DNA from: Bacillota bacterium
GTDB taxonomy: Bacteria > Bacillota_I > Bacilli_A > RFN20 > CAG-826
Assembly: GCA_039799785.1 (NCBI GenBank)
Contig: JBDLRZ010000078.1
Span: 2,973-66,972 of the forward strand
Direction: 5' to 3'
DNA length: 64,000 bases
Shown: piece by piece, positions 9,267 through 19,509 of the stretch
Position numbering within the stretch: the first letter of the stretch is position 1
How the letters are laid out: the number at the start of each line of letters is the position of its first letter
Translations under genes and position numbers: made by a program
Notes under the pieces: generated by a model
Databases searched by the model: none
What the model was told of the DNA's origin: nothing
The model's input: the letters and a program-made list of their open reading frames with translations, nothing else

Positions 9267-9994
9267 AATGCAATGCCTTTTAAAGATAGATGAGGATCAT
9301 GGGTGACTTTGATTGTAAAAAGAGGTAATAACCAATTCGCATAACCACCTGTGATAATCACTGGTGCATGCTTTAACCCAAGACCTTTTAACCCTTGTTG
9401 AATCAAGCCTTCGATCATATGGATATGACCTAGAATAATTCCACTCGCTAAGGCACTGACTGTATTTTTACCAAATACTTCAGTAGGTTTCATCATTTGC
9501 ATGGTTTTAATCAATGAAGCATTTTGATTGAGGGCTTTAAAGGAAGTTAAAATGCCTGGCGCAATGGAGACTCCTTCAAAACCATGGTCACGAATGGCCA
9601 TCACTTTTGTAGCAGTTCCCACGTCGATTATGATGGCATCTGGATGATAATGTCGATCGGTTGCAATCGCATCCATTAATAAATCAACACCAAGTTCTTC
9701 AGGTTTTTGTATTCTAAGTTTAAAATTTGGCGCACTTAACGTTGAAAGAAACGTTGGTTGAATCGTAGTAAGTTGGGCAATCGCTTTGACAATCAAATGG
9801 CGAAGTTGGGGTTTAACAGAGGCGATGCGAATGGTCTTTATCGCAAATTGTTGAAAGACTGGTGAAAACCAGGTTTGATACGTTTTAATGGTTGGAATCG
9901 AAGGATGATCCACGTATGAATGAAGGACCAACTGGCCTTGATCAAACACGCCTAATTTAACAGATGTATTGCCTAAATCAATTGCGAGTAACAT
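9257..9994 (-). CDS. coaX: Type III pantothenate kinase
   Basis: MLLAIDLGNTSVKLGVF N-terminus and ASKH-fold motifs; 245 aa. Confidence 0.85.
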   Translation of the reverse strand: MLLAIDLGNTSVKLGVFDQGQLVLHSYVDHPSIPTIKTYQTWFSPVFQQFAIKTIRIASVKPQLRHLIVKAIAQLTTIQPTFLSTLSAPNFKLRIQKPEELGVDLLMDAIATDRHYHPDAIIIDVGTATKVMAIRDHGFEGVSIAPGILTSFKALNQNASLIKTMQMMKPTEVFGKNTVSALASGIILGHIHMIEGLIQQGLKGLGLKHAPVIITGGYANWLLPLFTIKVTHDPHLSLKGIALCN

Positions 9995-9998
9995 ACTA

Positions 9999-12404
9999 TT
10001 ATCCTACTACAAAGTTCATCATTTTGCCTTGAACATAGATGACCTTTTTAATGCTTTTACCTTCAAGGTGCTTGATCACATTTTCATCAAGTTTTGCCAG
10101 GCGTTCAATGTCAGCTTCAACAGTTCCCACTGGAAAAGTTAACGTCGTTCTTAGTTTTCCATTCACAGCGATTGGTAATTCAAAGGCTTGTTTTTGTAGT
10201 TTTGATGCATCAAGTTTTGGCCAAGGATGATAGGCAAGTTGATCTTCACATTTCAACATCAACCATAATTCTTCACCTAAATGAGGGGCTACACAACTCA
10301 GCATTTGAACAAAGCCCTTTAAGAATGGTGTGGGAATCGTTTTCGCTTTATAAACATCATTGATAAAGATCATCATTTGAGAAATGGCTGTGTTTAATTG
10401 AAGAGACTCAAAATCTTCCGTTACTTTTTTAATCAAGAAATGGTAACTATAGTCAAGGGTACCATCACTTTTTTCAACCCAACGATCGATATATTCTTGT
10501 TCACTGAAGAGTCGATAGACGCGATCTAAGAAACGTCTTGAGCCTTCTAATCCCTGATTGGACCATGGTAAAGCTGCTTCTAAAGGCCCCATAAACATTT
10601 CGTATAAACGTAATGTATCTGCCCCATATTGTTCAATGATGTCATCTGGATTGACAACATTCCCTCTTGATTTGGACATTTTTTCGCCGTTCTCGCCGAG
10701 GATCATGCCTTGATGAAATAATTTTTTGAAAGGTTCTTCTGTATGCACAACGCCAATATCAAACAAGAATTTATGATAAAAACGAGCATATAAAAGATGC
10801 AACACTGCATGTTCAGCTCCACCAATATATAAATCCACTGGTAACCAATGCTTGAGGAGTTTTTCGTCGGCAATGACTTTATCATTCTTGGGATCTAAAT
10901 AGCGAATATAGTACCAGCAACTTCCAGCCCATTGAGGCATGGTATTCGTTTCTCTGATATACGCTTTTCCATCCATCACCACATCTAACCAATCAATAGC
11001 ATTTGCCAAAGGTGACTCACCCGTTCCAGATGGTTTAAATTCCTTTAAGTCTGGTAATAATAGAGGCAAATCATTTACTTTTAACGGAACGATACTACCA
11101 TCATTTTTACTGAGTAGAACAGGAATTGGTTCACCCCAATATCGCTGTCTAGAAAATAACCAATCACGAAGTTTATAGTTGGTTTTGAAACGACCTTTGT
11201 TCAAGGTTATCAATTTTTCTGTCATGACTTTTTTGGCAGGTTCAATGAATAAACCATCAATTAAAGGTGAATGAATATGTTTACCATCTTCGATCATGGC
11301 AGCATCTTGAACATCACCTTCCAATACAGAACGTATCGGTAGATGATATTTTTTGGCAAATTCAAAATCACGTTGATCGTGTGCCGGTACCGCCATCACT
11401 GCACCAGTTCCATAACCATATAGAACATAATCCGCAGTCCAAATGGGTATTGCTTCGCCATTAATCGGATTCATCGCAAAGGCACCGGTAAAGACACCGG
11501 TTTTATCTTTATTCAATTCAGTTCGATCTAAATCAGACTTACTTGAAGCCGATTGGACATATTCCTCAACTGCTTTTTTTTGTGATGGAATCGTGATGGC
11601 TTTCAATAATGGATGTTCTGGTGCAAGCACAACATAGGTTGCGCCATAAAGTGTGTCCGCACGTGTTGTGTAAACCGTGAAAGATTCTTTCGATTGTTTT
11701 ACATCAAAAATAATTTCGGTACCCGTGGATTTTCCAATCCAATTTTTTTGCATATCTCGTGTTGAATTGGGCCAATCCAATTGGTCTAATCCAGAAAGTA
11801 GCTTTTCGGCATATGCTGTAATTTTTAAAACCCATTGGCGCATCATGCGTCTTTCAACCGGAAATCCACCAACCTCTGATTTACCATCCACCACTTCTTC
11901 ATTCGCAAGGACTGTACCTAAGGCAGGACAAAAATTTACCGGTTTTTCGTCGATATAAGCTAAACCTTTTTCTAACAGTTTAATAAAAATCCATTGGGTC
12001 CATTTATAGTACTGGGGATCGGTTGTGGCAATTTCTTTTGACCAATCATAACTAAAACCCAATGCCTTAATTTGCTTTTTAATGTTGGCAATATTTTTCT
12101 CAGTAAAACCCATAGGATGGTTGTTTGTTTTCAATGCATATTGTTCAGCGGGTAAACCAAATGCATCCCAACCCATTGGATGTAAAACATTAAAGCCTTG
12201 CATCCGTTTCATTCTTGCCACAATATCAGTCGCCGTATAACCTTCAGGGTGGCCAACATGTAGGCCTTGAGCAGAAGGATAAGGAAACATATCTAAAATG
12301 TAATATTTTGGTTTTGAAAAATCATACACATTGGTATAAAAAACGTTTTGATGATCCCAAAAAGCTTGCCATTTTGGTTCGATTGTCTTGTGATCAAATC
12401 CCAT
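9999..12404 (-). CDS. leuS: Leucyl-tRNA synthetase
   Basis: HVGHPEGY (HIGH) and KMSKSRGN motifs; 801 aa. Confidence 0.95.
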   Translation of the reverse strand: MGFDHKTIEPKWQAFWDHQNVFYTNVYDFSKPKYYILDMFPYPSAQGLHVGHPEGYTATDIVARMKRMQGFNVLHPMGWDAFGLPAEQYALKTNNHPMGFTEKNIANIKKQIKALGFSYDWSKEIATTDPQYYKWTQWIFIKLLEKGLAYIDEKPVNFCPALGTVLANEEVVDGKSEVGGFPVERRMMRQWVLKITAYAEKLLSGLDQLDWPNSTRDMQKNWIGKSTGTEIIFDVKQSKESFTVYTTRADTLYGATYVVLAPEHPLLKAITIPSQKKAVEEYVQSASSKSDLDRTELNKDKTGVFTGAFAMNPINGEAIPIWTADYVLYGYGTGAVMAVPAHDQRDFEFAKKYHLPIRSVLEGDVQDAAMIEDGKHIHSPLIDGLFIEPAKKVMTEKLITLNKGRFKTNYKLRDWLFSRQRYWGEPIPVLLSKNDGSIVPLKVNDLPLLLPDLKEFKPSGTGESPLANAIDWLDVVMDGKAYIRETNTMPQWAGSCWYYIRYLDPKNDKVIADEKLLKHWLPVDLYIGGAEHAVLHLLYARFYHKFLFDIGVVHTEEPFKKLFHQGMILGENGEKMSKSRGNVVNPDDIIEQYGADTLRLYEMFMGPLEAALPWSNQGLEGSRRFLDRVYRLFSEQEYIDRWVEKSDGTLDYSYHFLIKKVTEDFESLQLNTAISQMMIFINDVYKAKTIPTPFLKGFVQMLSCVAPHLGEELWLMLKCEDQLAYHPWPKLDASKLQKQAFELPIAVNGKLRTTLTFPVGTVEADIERLAKLDENVIKHLEGKSIKKVIYVQGKMMNFVVG

Positions 12405-12655
12405 AAAATCCTCCTAAAAAAACAAAAACGCCCTGGAAAGGACGCTAATGCGTGGTACCACCTTTATTTGCATAATGTCATTATGCACGCTTGATAACTT
12501 TAACGTAGTTAGCGAAGGTTGTCTTGATAGGTGAGATGAAAGCGAAGCTTTCGATAGTCTATCCAACCCTATGGTCATTTTACCATATTAAGGGTGAAAA
12601 TCGTTGCAAATTTACGACACCAATGATAAGATTACAACGTTGTCTGGAGGAATCT
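12405..12655 (-). promoter_or_regulatory. Candidate T-box leader of leuS, on the minus strand.
   Basis: Minus-strand RNA contains AAUAAAGGUGGUACCACGC (forward coords about 12446-12464) matching T-box consensus AAUUAGGGUGGUACCGCG, followed by a U-rich run immediately before the leuS RBS (AGGAGG). A CUC leucine codon lies in the upstream candidate specifier region (CAUCUCACC). Full fold not verified. Confidence 0.45.
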
Positions 12656-12659
12656 AATT

Positions 12660-12854
12660 ATGGCAAGAGTATGTACCGTTTCCGGTCGAGGACCGATGAG
12701 TGGCAATGCCCGTTCACACAGTTTACGTGCAACACGTAGAACTTGGAATTTAAACTTACAAAAATATCAAATCACAGAAAATGGGATTACCAAAACTGTG
12801 AAAATGTCCGCCCGTGCTTATCGTACCTTGATGAAAAATCAAGCTACCCGATAA
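12660..12854 (+). CDS. rpmB: 50S ribosomal protein L28
   Basis: MARVCTVSGRGPMSGNARSHSLRATRRTWNLNLQK... canonical L28; RBS TGGAGGA 8 nt upstream. Confidence 0.92.
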   Translation: MARVCTVSGRGPMSGNARSHSLRATRRTWNLNLQKYQITENGITKTVKMSARAYRTLMKNQATR

Positions 12855-13533
12855 GCCATTCTATTTGGGTTAAGAAAACCCAAAGCATCACATTCGCTAA
12901 CGATAACCACTGCGTATAGGCCATCACAAAATAGGTTGGTCGACGATACAGTGGTTTTTCATTTGAACTTTCTACCTTTTCAAGTAGCGCCCAATCTTTT
13001 AATCGTGGATTGAAAAGTAAGATGAATTGAAAAATACCTTGAGCTAGCGTTGTCCAAGGTAAAAAAGTTTGAAATTGGGAATATGGTGATGTGAAGATGA
13101 CATAACTACCTAAGAATAAAATGGCTATGATACTAACGCTAAACAAGGACGCCAAACCAACATACATTTCGATGCGCTTGGGTTGTAAGGTAAAGATGCC
13201 AATCGTCGATAATAAAAAAATGATCATCAAGGTTAATAAAACATATGTTATGGGTAGACCAGGATATACAAAGACGCTCTCCCAGTAAGCAAATAAGGAA
13301 ACTAAAAAGAAAACAAATAAACCTTTTAAAGGTTGGAAAGTATATTGAAATGCAATCGGTTTTTCATCAAGCTCAAAAGGTAAGTGGTGATGAAATTGAT
13401 AGGGCGTTTTTTTGATTGTTTTAAATTGCCTTAATCCAAAATACAGATAACCAATTAATAAAACAAACGTGAGAACCCAAAGCATCCAGAGCAATGCATC
13501 ATTCATGCTTAAGTTGTTTGATCGCCTTTGCAA
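12844..13533 (-). CDS. Hypothetical polytopic membrane protein. It occupies the position held by thiN/yloS in Bacillus.
   Basis: 229 aa with about 5-6 hydrophobic helices; no recognisable motifs. Confidence 0.45.
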   Translation of the reverse strand: MQRRSNNLSMNDALLWMLWVLTFVLLIGYLYFGLRQFKTIKKTPYQFHHHLPFELDEKPIAFQYTFQPLKGLFVFFLVSLFAYWESVFVYPGLPITYVLLTLMIIFLLSTIGIFTLQPKRIEMYVGLASLFSVSIIAILFLGSYVIFTSPYSQFQTFLPWTTLAQGIFQFILLFNPRLKDWALLEKVESSNEKPLYRRPTYFVMAYTQWLSLANVMLWVFLTQIEWLIG

Positions 13534-14161
13534 GATTTTTTTGTTTGAATAAGTAACTACCTACAACCAAAATATCAACACCAGCATCGATACATGCTTT
13601 AGAAGTTTCTAAATTAATTCCACCATCTACTTCAATAAGTGTCTTGAGTTTAGTAGCATCAAGTTCTTGTCGAAGCCAATTAATTTTGGCAATCGCGGAT
13701 GGAAGAAAGGCTTGTCCTCCAAATCCTGGTTCTACTGACATGATGAGGATAAGATCTACCGTACCTAATAGTGGTTTTAATACCTCAACTTTGGTTTGTG
13801 GTTTGATACTAATGCCTGCTTTAACGCCAAGTTTATGTAATTGTTTGATCCATGATTGAATGTTTTTTAAATCCCGTGCTGTTTCATAATGGAACGTAAT
13901 GATTTTGGCGCCAGCTTTTGCAAATGCTTCAAAATAATCCGATGGATTACTAATCATTAAATGAACATCATGGACGATATTAAATGAGGCCGTAATGGCA
14001 CTCACAATCGGTAAACCGAATGAAATATTAGGGACAAAATGACCATCCATCACATCGTAATGAAGATAATCTGCTTTCGCTTCCACAACTTGCTTTACGT
14101 CTGATTCTAAGTCTAGAAAATTACTCGCAAGTAAGGATGGGGCAATTTGGATTTTTCGCAT
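13499..14161 (-). CDS. rpe: Ribulose-phosphate 3-epimerase
   Basis: HYDVMDGHFVPN and DGGIN motifs; 220 aa. Confidence 0.9.
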   Translation of the reverse strand: MRKIQIAPSLLASNFLDLESDVKQVVEAKADYLHYDVMDGHFVPNISFGLPIVSAITASFNIVHDVHLMISNPSDYFEAFAKAGAKIITFHYETARDLKNIQSWIKQLHKLGVKAGISIKPQTKVEVLKPLLGTVDLILIMSVEPGFGGQAFLPSAIAKINWLRQELDATKLKTLIEVDGGINLETSKACIDAGVDILVVGSYLFKQKNLAKAIKQLKHE

Positions 14162-14164
14162 CTT

Positions 14165-15016
14165 TTAATACTCCTTTTGTTCCGGTAATTGTTGTAGCAT
14201 CTTGAGATAGTCTTGATAGATCTCTAATGGAATTTTACCACTTTTAACTTCTTGAAGAATATGACATCCAGGTTCTTGACGATGTGTACAATTAAAAAAT
14301 TTACATTGAGAGAATTGATTTTCAAATCCTGGATAGACCTTTGCAAGGTCGTGTTGTAAAATGGGAAGTTCCAAAGAAGAAAATCCTGGCGTATCTGCCA
14401 TAAAGCCTCCAAGCCATGGTAATAAGACAACCTCTTTGGTTTGATGTTTACCACGACCTAAGGCTTGTGAATAACTTCCAATTTGTCGAGAAAATAGAGG
14501 ATTTAATGTATTAATAATGGTCGATTTTCCTACACCCGTTTGACCGGCAAAAGCTATTACTTTGTGAGGACCGATTAATGTGGATAGCGCTTGTGGATCA
14601 GGATGATGTTTATCAAAAAATAGAATTTTAAAACCATGGTGTTGTAGGTATGCCCAATCTTGTTGGAAGGTTTGTGGTTGCGCTTGATCAACTTTAGAAA
14701 CAATGATTGTTATCTTTAAATTATAATATCGACCAAAACTGATAAATTTTGCAAGCAAGAAAAAGGAATATTGTGGTTCTACTAAACTTGTAACGATGAT
14801 GAGGTCAGTAAGGTTACTTACTCTTGGGCGTTTGATAAAGGTTTGACGCGGATGAATCAATGTAATCATTTGGAGGGATTCATCGAATTCAACATGATCG
14901 CCGACGACAGGTTTAATCATTAATTTGTCAGATTTTCGAATATGGCAAGAGTAGATTTGCTCTTGATGATAAACAAGATACTTTCCAAAATCTAAGTTAA
15001 CGATGGTCCCTGTCAT
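14165..15016 (-). CDS. rsgA: Ribosome small-subunit-dependent GTPase A
   Basis: GQTGVGKSTIINTL P-loop, C-terminal zinc-finger cysteines (CKFFNCTH..C); 283 aa. Confidence 0.85.
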   Translation of the reverse strand: MTGTIVNLDFGKYLVYHQEQIYSCHIRKSDKLMIKPVVGDHVEFDESLQMITLIHPRQTFIKRPRVSNLTDLIIVTSLVEPQYSFFLLAKFISFGRYYNLKITIIVSKVDQAQPQTFQQDWAYLQHHGFKILFFDKHHPDPQALSTLIGPHKVIAFAGQTGVGKSTIINTLNPLFSRQIGSYSQALGRGKHQTKEVVLLPWLGGFMADTPGFSSLELPILQHDLAKVYPGFENQFSQCKFFNCTHRQEPGCHILQEVKSGKIPLEIYQDYLKMLQQLPEQKEY

Positions 15017-15918
15017 ACTTCATCACTTTTTAACCCTAATAATTTTGCCCAGAATGATCGTTTGGGCGTAATTAACTTTGGATGGTCTAAGCATTCTTTG
15101 ATATCGCGTTGAAATTCTAATACCGATCGATATCGGTCATTCGGATTTTTTCTACATGCTTTTAAAATAATTTTTTCAATCACTCTTGGTGTCGAAGGTA
15201 TCCATTGTCTTGGTGAAGGAAATTTTTCTTTGATGTGGCGCATCGCAACCGTTATTTGATTATTACCTTCATAAGGAACCTTGCCTGTAATCAATTCAAA
15301 AAACGTAATACCTAATGAGTAAATGTCACTCTTAAATGTTGGGGATTGTCCGTTGGTAACTTCAGGAGGTAAGTAATGTACCGAACCAATAATGACTTGG
15401 CTTTTGGTTACGCGACGTGAATTCTCAAAAAATGCAATACCAAAATCACCTAGTTTAATCGTTTCATCTGGCGTTAAAAAAACATTATCAGGTTTAATAT
15501 CACGATGAATGACCAATGAATTATGGGCGAAGGCAACCGCATCACAAAGTTGATACATCATCTCACAAGCTTGTTTGAATCCAAAACGTTTTTGTTCATC
15601 TAACAAACCTCGCAAGGTTTTTCCTTTGATGAGTTCGGAGGCCATATAAGGTAAATTTTGATGGTAACCAATATTAATGACACGAACGATATTGGGATGG
15701 TTTAAGGAGGCGGATGCTCTTGCTTCTCTTTCAAATCGGGTCACATTATCTTTAGATTTGATGGCGTTTTCTTTGATGATTTTTAAAGCAATTTCTTTTC
15801 CAGTAATCAGGTCTTCTGCTTGATATACGTAGGCAAATCCACCTTCGCCTATTTCCCTAATGATGCGATAGCGTTCATCAATAATATCGTTGTCTTTAAT
15901 CATCGTTCGGATTCCCAA
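15013..15918 (-). CDS. prkC: Ser/Thr protein kinase (PrkC homologue). It is the kinase domain only, with no TM or PASTA region.
   Basis: Hanks kinase motifs GEGGFAYVY, ALK, HRDIKPDN, DFG; 301 aa total. Confidence 0.85.
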   Translation of the reverse strand: MGIRTMIKDNDIIDERYRIIREIGEGGFAYVYQAEDLITGKEIALKIIKENAIKSKDNVTRFEREARASASLNHPNIVRVINIGYHQNLPYMASELIKGKTLRGLLDEQKRFGFKQACEMMYQLCDAVAFAHNSLVIHRDIKPDNVFLTPDETIKLGDFGIAFFENSRRVTKSQVIIGSVHYLPPEVTNGQSPTFKSDIYSLGITFFELITGKVPYEGNNQITVAMRHIKEKFPSPRQWIPSTPRVIEKIILKACRKNPNDRYRSVLEFQRDIKECLDHPKLITPKRSFWAKLLGLKSDEV

Positions 15919-16643
15919 ATCGCCACGGCAATATTATCATTACCACCATTTGCATTCGCTAAATTAATAAGTGAGTCGACTTTTTGTTGTGGGGTATCTT
16001 TTGAACGAATAATACTGGATAATTCGCCATCCGTTAAATTGTTATATAAACCGTCACTGCAAACCAAAATCGTTTGGCCATGGTAAGGAACAATTTTTAC
16101 ATCATATGAAACGGAAGTATTAAGACCCAGAGCATTGAGTAATACGTGGCGTTGCGGGTGATTGGCCTTTTGAGCTTCGGTAATCTTACCTTGACGGAAT
16201 AAGTATTCTACATAGGTTTGATCTTCGGTTGCCTGCGTCAATTGTCCATCTTCAAATAAGTAGACTCGTGAGTCACCGATGTTTAGAATAATTAGATCTT
16301 TATTAACGATTAATGCGATGACTAAAGTTGTTCCCATTTCTTTGAGAGAGGAACTTTTTTGAGCTTCTTGATAAATAGAACGGTTGGCTTGCACCACTTG
16401 TTGTCTTAACCAAAGGGTTGCAGTTTTAGACGTTAATAGACCGAACGTATTTTTGAATCCTTTCATCAAGGATTGCATCGCTAATCGACTTGCAAGATCA
16501 CCGCGAGCATGGCCACCCATGCCATCGGCAACACCAAGCAAAATATCTTGATGGCGATTGACCATCGCCACCACTTGATCTTCATTGGTTGTTCTGACTT
16601 TACCAATGTCGCTTTTAAATGCAAAACTACCGCGCTTCTTCAT
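15900..16643 (-). CDS. prpC: PP2C-family Ser/Thr phosphatase
   Basis: GVADGMGGH and DGLYN..D motifs; 247 aa. Confidence 0.85.
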   Translation of the reverse strand: MKKRGSFAFKSDIGKVRTTNEDQVVAMVNRHQDILLGVADGMGGHARGDLASRLAMQSLMKGFKNTFGLLTSKTATLWLRQQVVQANRSIYQEAQKSSSLKEMGTTLVIALIVNKDLIILNIGDSRVYLFEDGQLTQATEDQTYVEYLFRQGKITEAQKANHPQRHVLLNALGLNTSVSYDVKIVPYHGQTILVCSDGLYNNLTDGELSSIIRSKDTPQQKVDSLINLANANGGNDNIAVAIWESER

Positions 16644-17676
16644 GCTTATGTTTAGCCCTCAATTGACCACATGCAGCTTCAATATCATGACCGAATTCTT
16701 TACGGACTGTAGCATTAATGCCTAATTCAATTAATTTTGACATAAAGGCATTGACCGCTTGTGGATGTGGACGACGATATTCGTTTTCCATGACGGCGTT
16801 GTAAGGAATTAAGTTGACGTAGCAAAACAAATCTTTAATTAATTCTGCAAGTTGAATCGCGTGTTCGATTTGATCGTTAATACCTTCAATCAAAATATAT
16901 TCAAAGGTAATTCTTCTACCGGCATTGGTTTGATAATCTTTAATCGCAGGAATGAGCTTTTCCAAAGGGAAGGCTTGGTTAATTTTCATCAAGCGCGTGC
17001 GAATTTCATTGGTCGGAGCATGGAGAGAAACGGCGAGGTTAATTTGTAAAGGTTCATGACCATACTGCATAATTTTTTCTGGAAAGCCAGATGTGGAAAC
17101 GGTAATATGGCGAGCCCCAATGGCTAAGGCTTTATTATGATTGGCAATACGAATAAAGTTCATTACATGATCATAGTTATCAAAAGGTTCACCTGTGCCC
17201 ATCGCAACAATATGACTTACACGTTCTTTTCTACCTTCAGCATCTAACAAATCATTCATGACCACAATTTGTGCAATCATTTCTCCTGCGGTTAAATTGC
17301 GTTGGCGTTTTAATAATCCAGATGCACAGAAAGAACAACCAATATTACATCCTACTTGGGTTGTCACACAAATAACATTGCCGTAGTTATAACGCATAAG
17401 GACGGCTTCAATTAAAAATCCATCTTCTAATTTCAATAGTAATTTAACAGTCCGATCTAAAGAATCTCGACGGACATGAATCGAAGGGAGTTGAAAATGA
17501 AAATGTTTTTCTAGAGCTTGTCTTAATTCCAAACTTAAATTCGACATCGCTTGAAAATTACGAACTTTCTTTTGATATAACCAGTCGTAAATCACACTTG
17601 CATAAAATGCTTTTTGACCCCATGATTCAAGGGTGTTTTCTAGTTGTACTAACGTTTGTCCAAAGATACTTTCCAT
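16627..17676 (-). CDS. rlmN: 23S rRNA/tRNA (adenine-C2)-methyltransferase RlmN, radical SAM
   Basis: CNIGCSFC radical-SAM cluster motif; 349 aa. Confidence 0.9.
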   Translation of the reverse strand: MESIFGQTLVQLENTLESWGQKAFYASVIYDWLYQKKVRNFQAMSNLSLELRQALEKHFHFQLPSIHVRRDSLDRTVKLLLKLEDGFLIEAVLMRYNYGNVICVTTQVGCNIGCSFCASGLLKRQRNLTAGEMIAQIVVMNDLLDAEGRKERVSHIVAMGTGEPFDNYDHVMNFIRIANHNKALAIGARHITVSTSGFPEKIMQYGHEPLQINLAVSLHAPTNEIRTRLMKINQAFPLEKLIPAIKDYQTNAGRRITFEYILIEGINDQIEHAIQLAELIKDLFCYVNLIPYNAVMENEYRRPHPQAVNAFMSKLIELGINATVRKEFGHDIEAACGQLRAKHKHEEAR

Positions 17677-17677
17677 A

Positions 17678-18934
17678 TTATTTCTGCTTTCTCATTGCAG
17701 CGACATACAATGCTGTATTTAGTTTATCAAAAGGGAAATACTGAAACTCTTGAATGAGCTTGAATGCAGGATGTGCCGTCAAGAAATCAGCGATCAAATA
17801 TTTTCCTTCTTTGTGATTAAGCGTATTCACACCATAGAATAAGAGGCCACCTTCTTCAACAAACTGACTTGCCTCATGGATTGCGGATTGTTGATTGGTA
17901 ATCAGTGTATCAAGTTCTTCTTGTTGAAATTGAATGAAAAAGTCAGGAAGTGAACGAATCAGATCGAATTTTGAGCATTGCGGGACCATCATCACAACAT
18001 CTTGCTGTTTTGATAAGTGAGTGATGAGGCCTTTAGGTTCAGCTTCATAAAGTGAAATATTTTGAAGTTGAAAGGCTTGTAATGACTTTTGCATCGCTAG
18101 CTTTCTTTCAACTGAATTGGTAACGATATTGATTTTAATTTGTTGGGTTGTGTAAATTGGTAGTTCTAAGTAAAGGGCTTGAGGTCTCGTTTCAACCAAG
18201 AGCATTTCACCTTTAACATTGTCAAAACTAAATTGTTTTACAATATCCGTGACTGCAAGTCGTTGTTGAAAAATTAAATTTTGGATGTATGCTGGATGAT
18301 TCTTGAGGGGTTCTTTTGCTTGATATATAACGGTGTCTTCAACCGGACTAGCAATTAATTCAGGATAGGTAGCCACGATTTTTTCTGTAGAAATTTTCAA
18401 AGTGTTAACTCTGCAGGCTTGTAAAACCGGTTTGTTGTTGGTTGATAAAATTTTGAGTGTAATGGGAAAGCCAAAATGTTTGATCCACATTTGAACTAAC
18501 CAATCTGGCGTATTAAATTTAATACCCAAATAAGTGACTGAATTTTCTTTCAAACCCGGATCGAGGAGATTTTTCCCTGGTGCTGCTAATTGAATGATCG
18601 TGTCAATGTTAGTTTCAGCAACTTTTTTTTCAGTTAAAAATTCTTTTAAAAAAGAAAGGGTGGCTTCATGTGGCATACGTTTAACAAATACATTATTGCC
18701 AATCGCAGTTTGGACAATAAAACGATCTTCAATCGATAATTCTTTGATAAAGCGTTCCGATACATGAACCAATAACCGATGGTGGTGTAATTCACAACTC
18801 GTGAGTGAACGAATTAATCCTTGGGATATATTTTTAGGTGAAGCAAGTAAACCTGCTTTTAATGCATCTGAAAAAGGTACTTTATCTTGTACGATTTTTT
18901 GAAGAATTTGACTTACAATGCGATATTCAATCAT
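17678..18934 (-). CDS. rsmB: RsmB/Sun-family RNA methyltransferase-like protein. Synteny matches rsmB, but the catalytic motifs look degenerate.
   Basis: NusB-like N-terminal region, AAPGKN (compare AAPGGKT), position in the ylo-type gene order. PC/TC catalytic cysteine motifs not clearly found. Confidence 0.5.
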   Translation of the reverse strand: MIEYRIVSQILQKIVQDKVPFSDALKAGLLASPKNISQGLIRSLTSCELHHHRLLVHVSERFIKELSIEDRFIVQTAIGNNVFVKRMPHEATLSFLKEFLTEKKVAETNIDTIIQLAAPGKNLLDPGLKENSVTYLGIKFNTPDWLVQMWIKHFGFPITLKILSTNNKPVLQACRVNTLKISTEKIVATYPELIASPVEDTVIYQAKEPLKNHPAYIQNLIFQQRLAVTDIVKQFSFDNVKGEMLLVETRPQALYLELPIYTTQQIKINIVTNSVERKLAMQKSLQAFQLQNISLYEAEPKGLITHLSKQQDVVMMVPQCSKFDLIRSLPDFFIQFQQEELDTLITNQQSAIHEASQFVEEGGLLFYGVNTLNHKEGKYLIADFLTAHPAFKLIQEFQYFPFDKLNTALYVAAMRKQK

Positions 18935-18951
18935 GGGGAAGGTTTGATGAA

Positions 18952-19452
18952 TTAAGCAGCTTTTTTCTTTTTGCTTTTCGCTGTCGCATTATCCCGATCA
19001 AGTTTTTCTAATTCAGTTTCTTTACCAGCGAATATATTCCCGTGATAAATTTCTTGAGATGGTTCTGTTGCTTCTTCTTCTAATTCTTCTTCAATTGTAA
19101 CTTCATTCGATTCATTGACGAATAAAGGATAATCGTCTTGAATAACAGTGGTGATTAAAGACTCTTTTTGTAGAATAAATTCAAAGTGAATGTGAATCGT
19201 GTGTTCTTTTAACGCTTTCATAAAAATTGTACGAAGACCTTCTTGCATTTGAATTAAGTTTTCAGGCATCGAAATTTTAACAAATGTATGCCAAGCATTT
19301 TGATCGACACCAGCATGAAATAATAAGGTTTCATGGACGGAAAAGAATAAACTATTTTCATCTATTTTCGTAAGCTGAATAATTGGTTTTTGTAGGGTGC
19401 GACTTAATGTCGACACAACGTATTTATCTAATCCAAAAATTTCAATATGCAT
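18952..19452 (-). CDS. Hypothetical protein with acidic stretch and lysine-rich C-terminal tail. It occupies the slot held by def-fmt in Bacillus.
   Basis: 166-aa ORF with good coding context in the priA..rsmB operon; EEELEEEATE and C-terminal AKSKKKKAA. Confidence 0.4.
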   Translation of the reverse strand: MHIEIFGLDKYVVSTLSRTLQKPIIQLTKIDENSLFFSVHETLLFHAGVDQNAWHTFVKISMPENLIQMQEGLRTIFMKALKEHTIHIHFEFILQKESLITTVIQDDYPLFVNESNEVTIEEELEEEATEPSQEIYHGNIFAGKETELEKLDRDNATAKSKKKKAA

Positions 19453-19509
19453 GCTTCGTCCTCATCTTTCATATTTTAAACTAAAATTGAAAAAATTGAT
19501 ATCAAAAGC

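Noticed and set aside
12524-12739. 71-aa ORF overlapping the leuS leader and the rpmB 5' end
   Set aside because: It overlaps the well-supported L28 gene in another frame and spans the T-box-like region. No RBS. Spurious.
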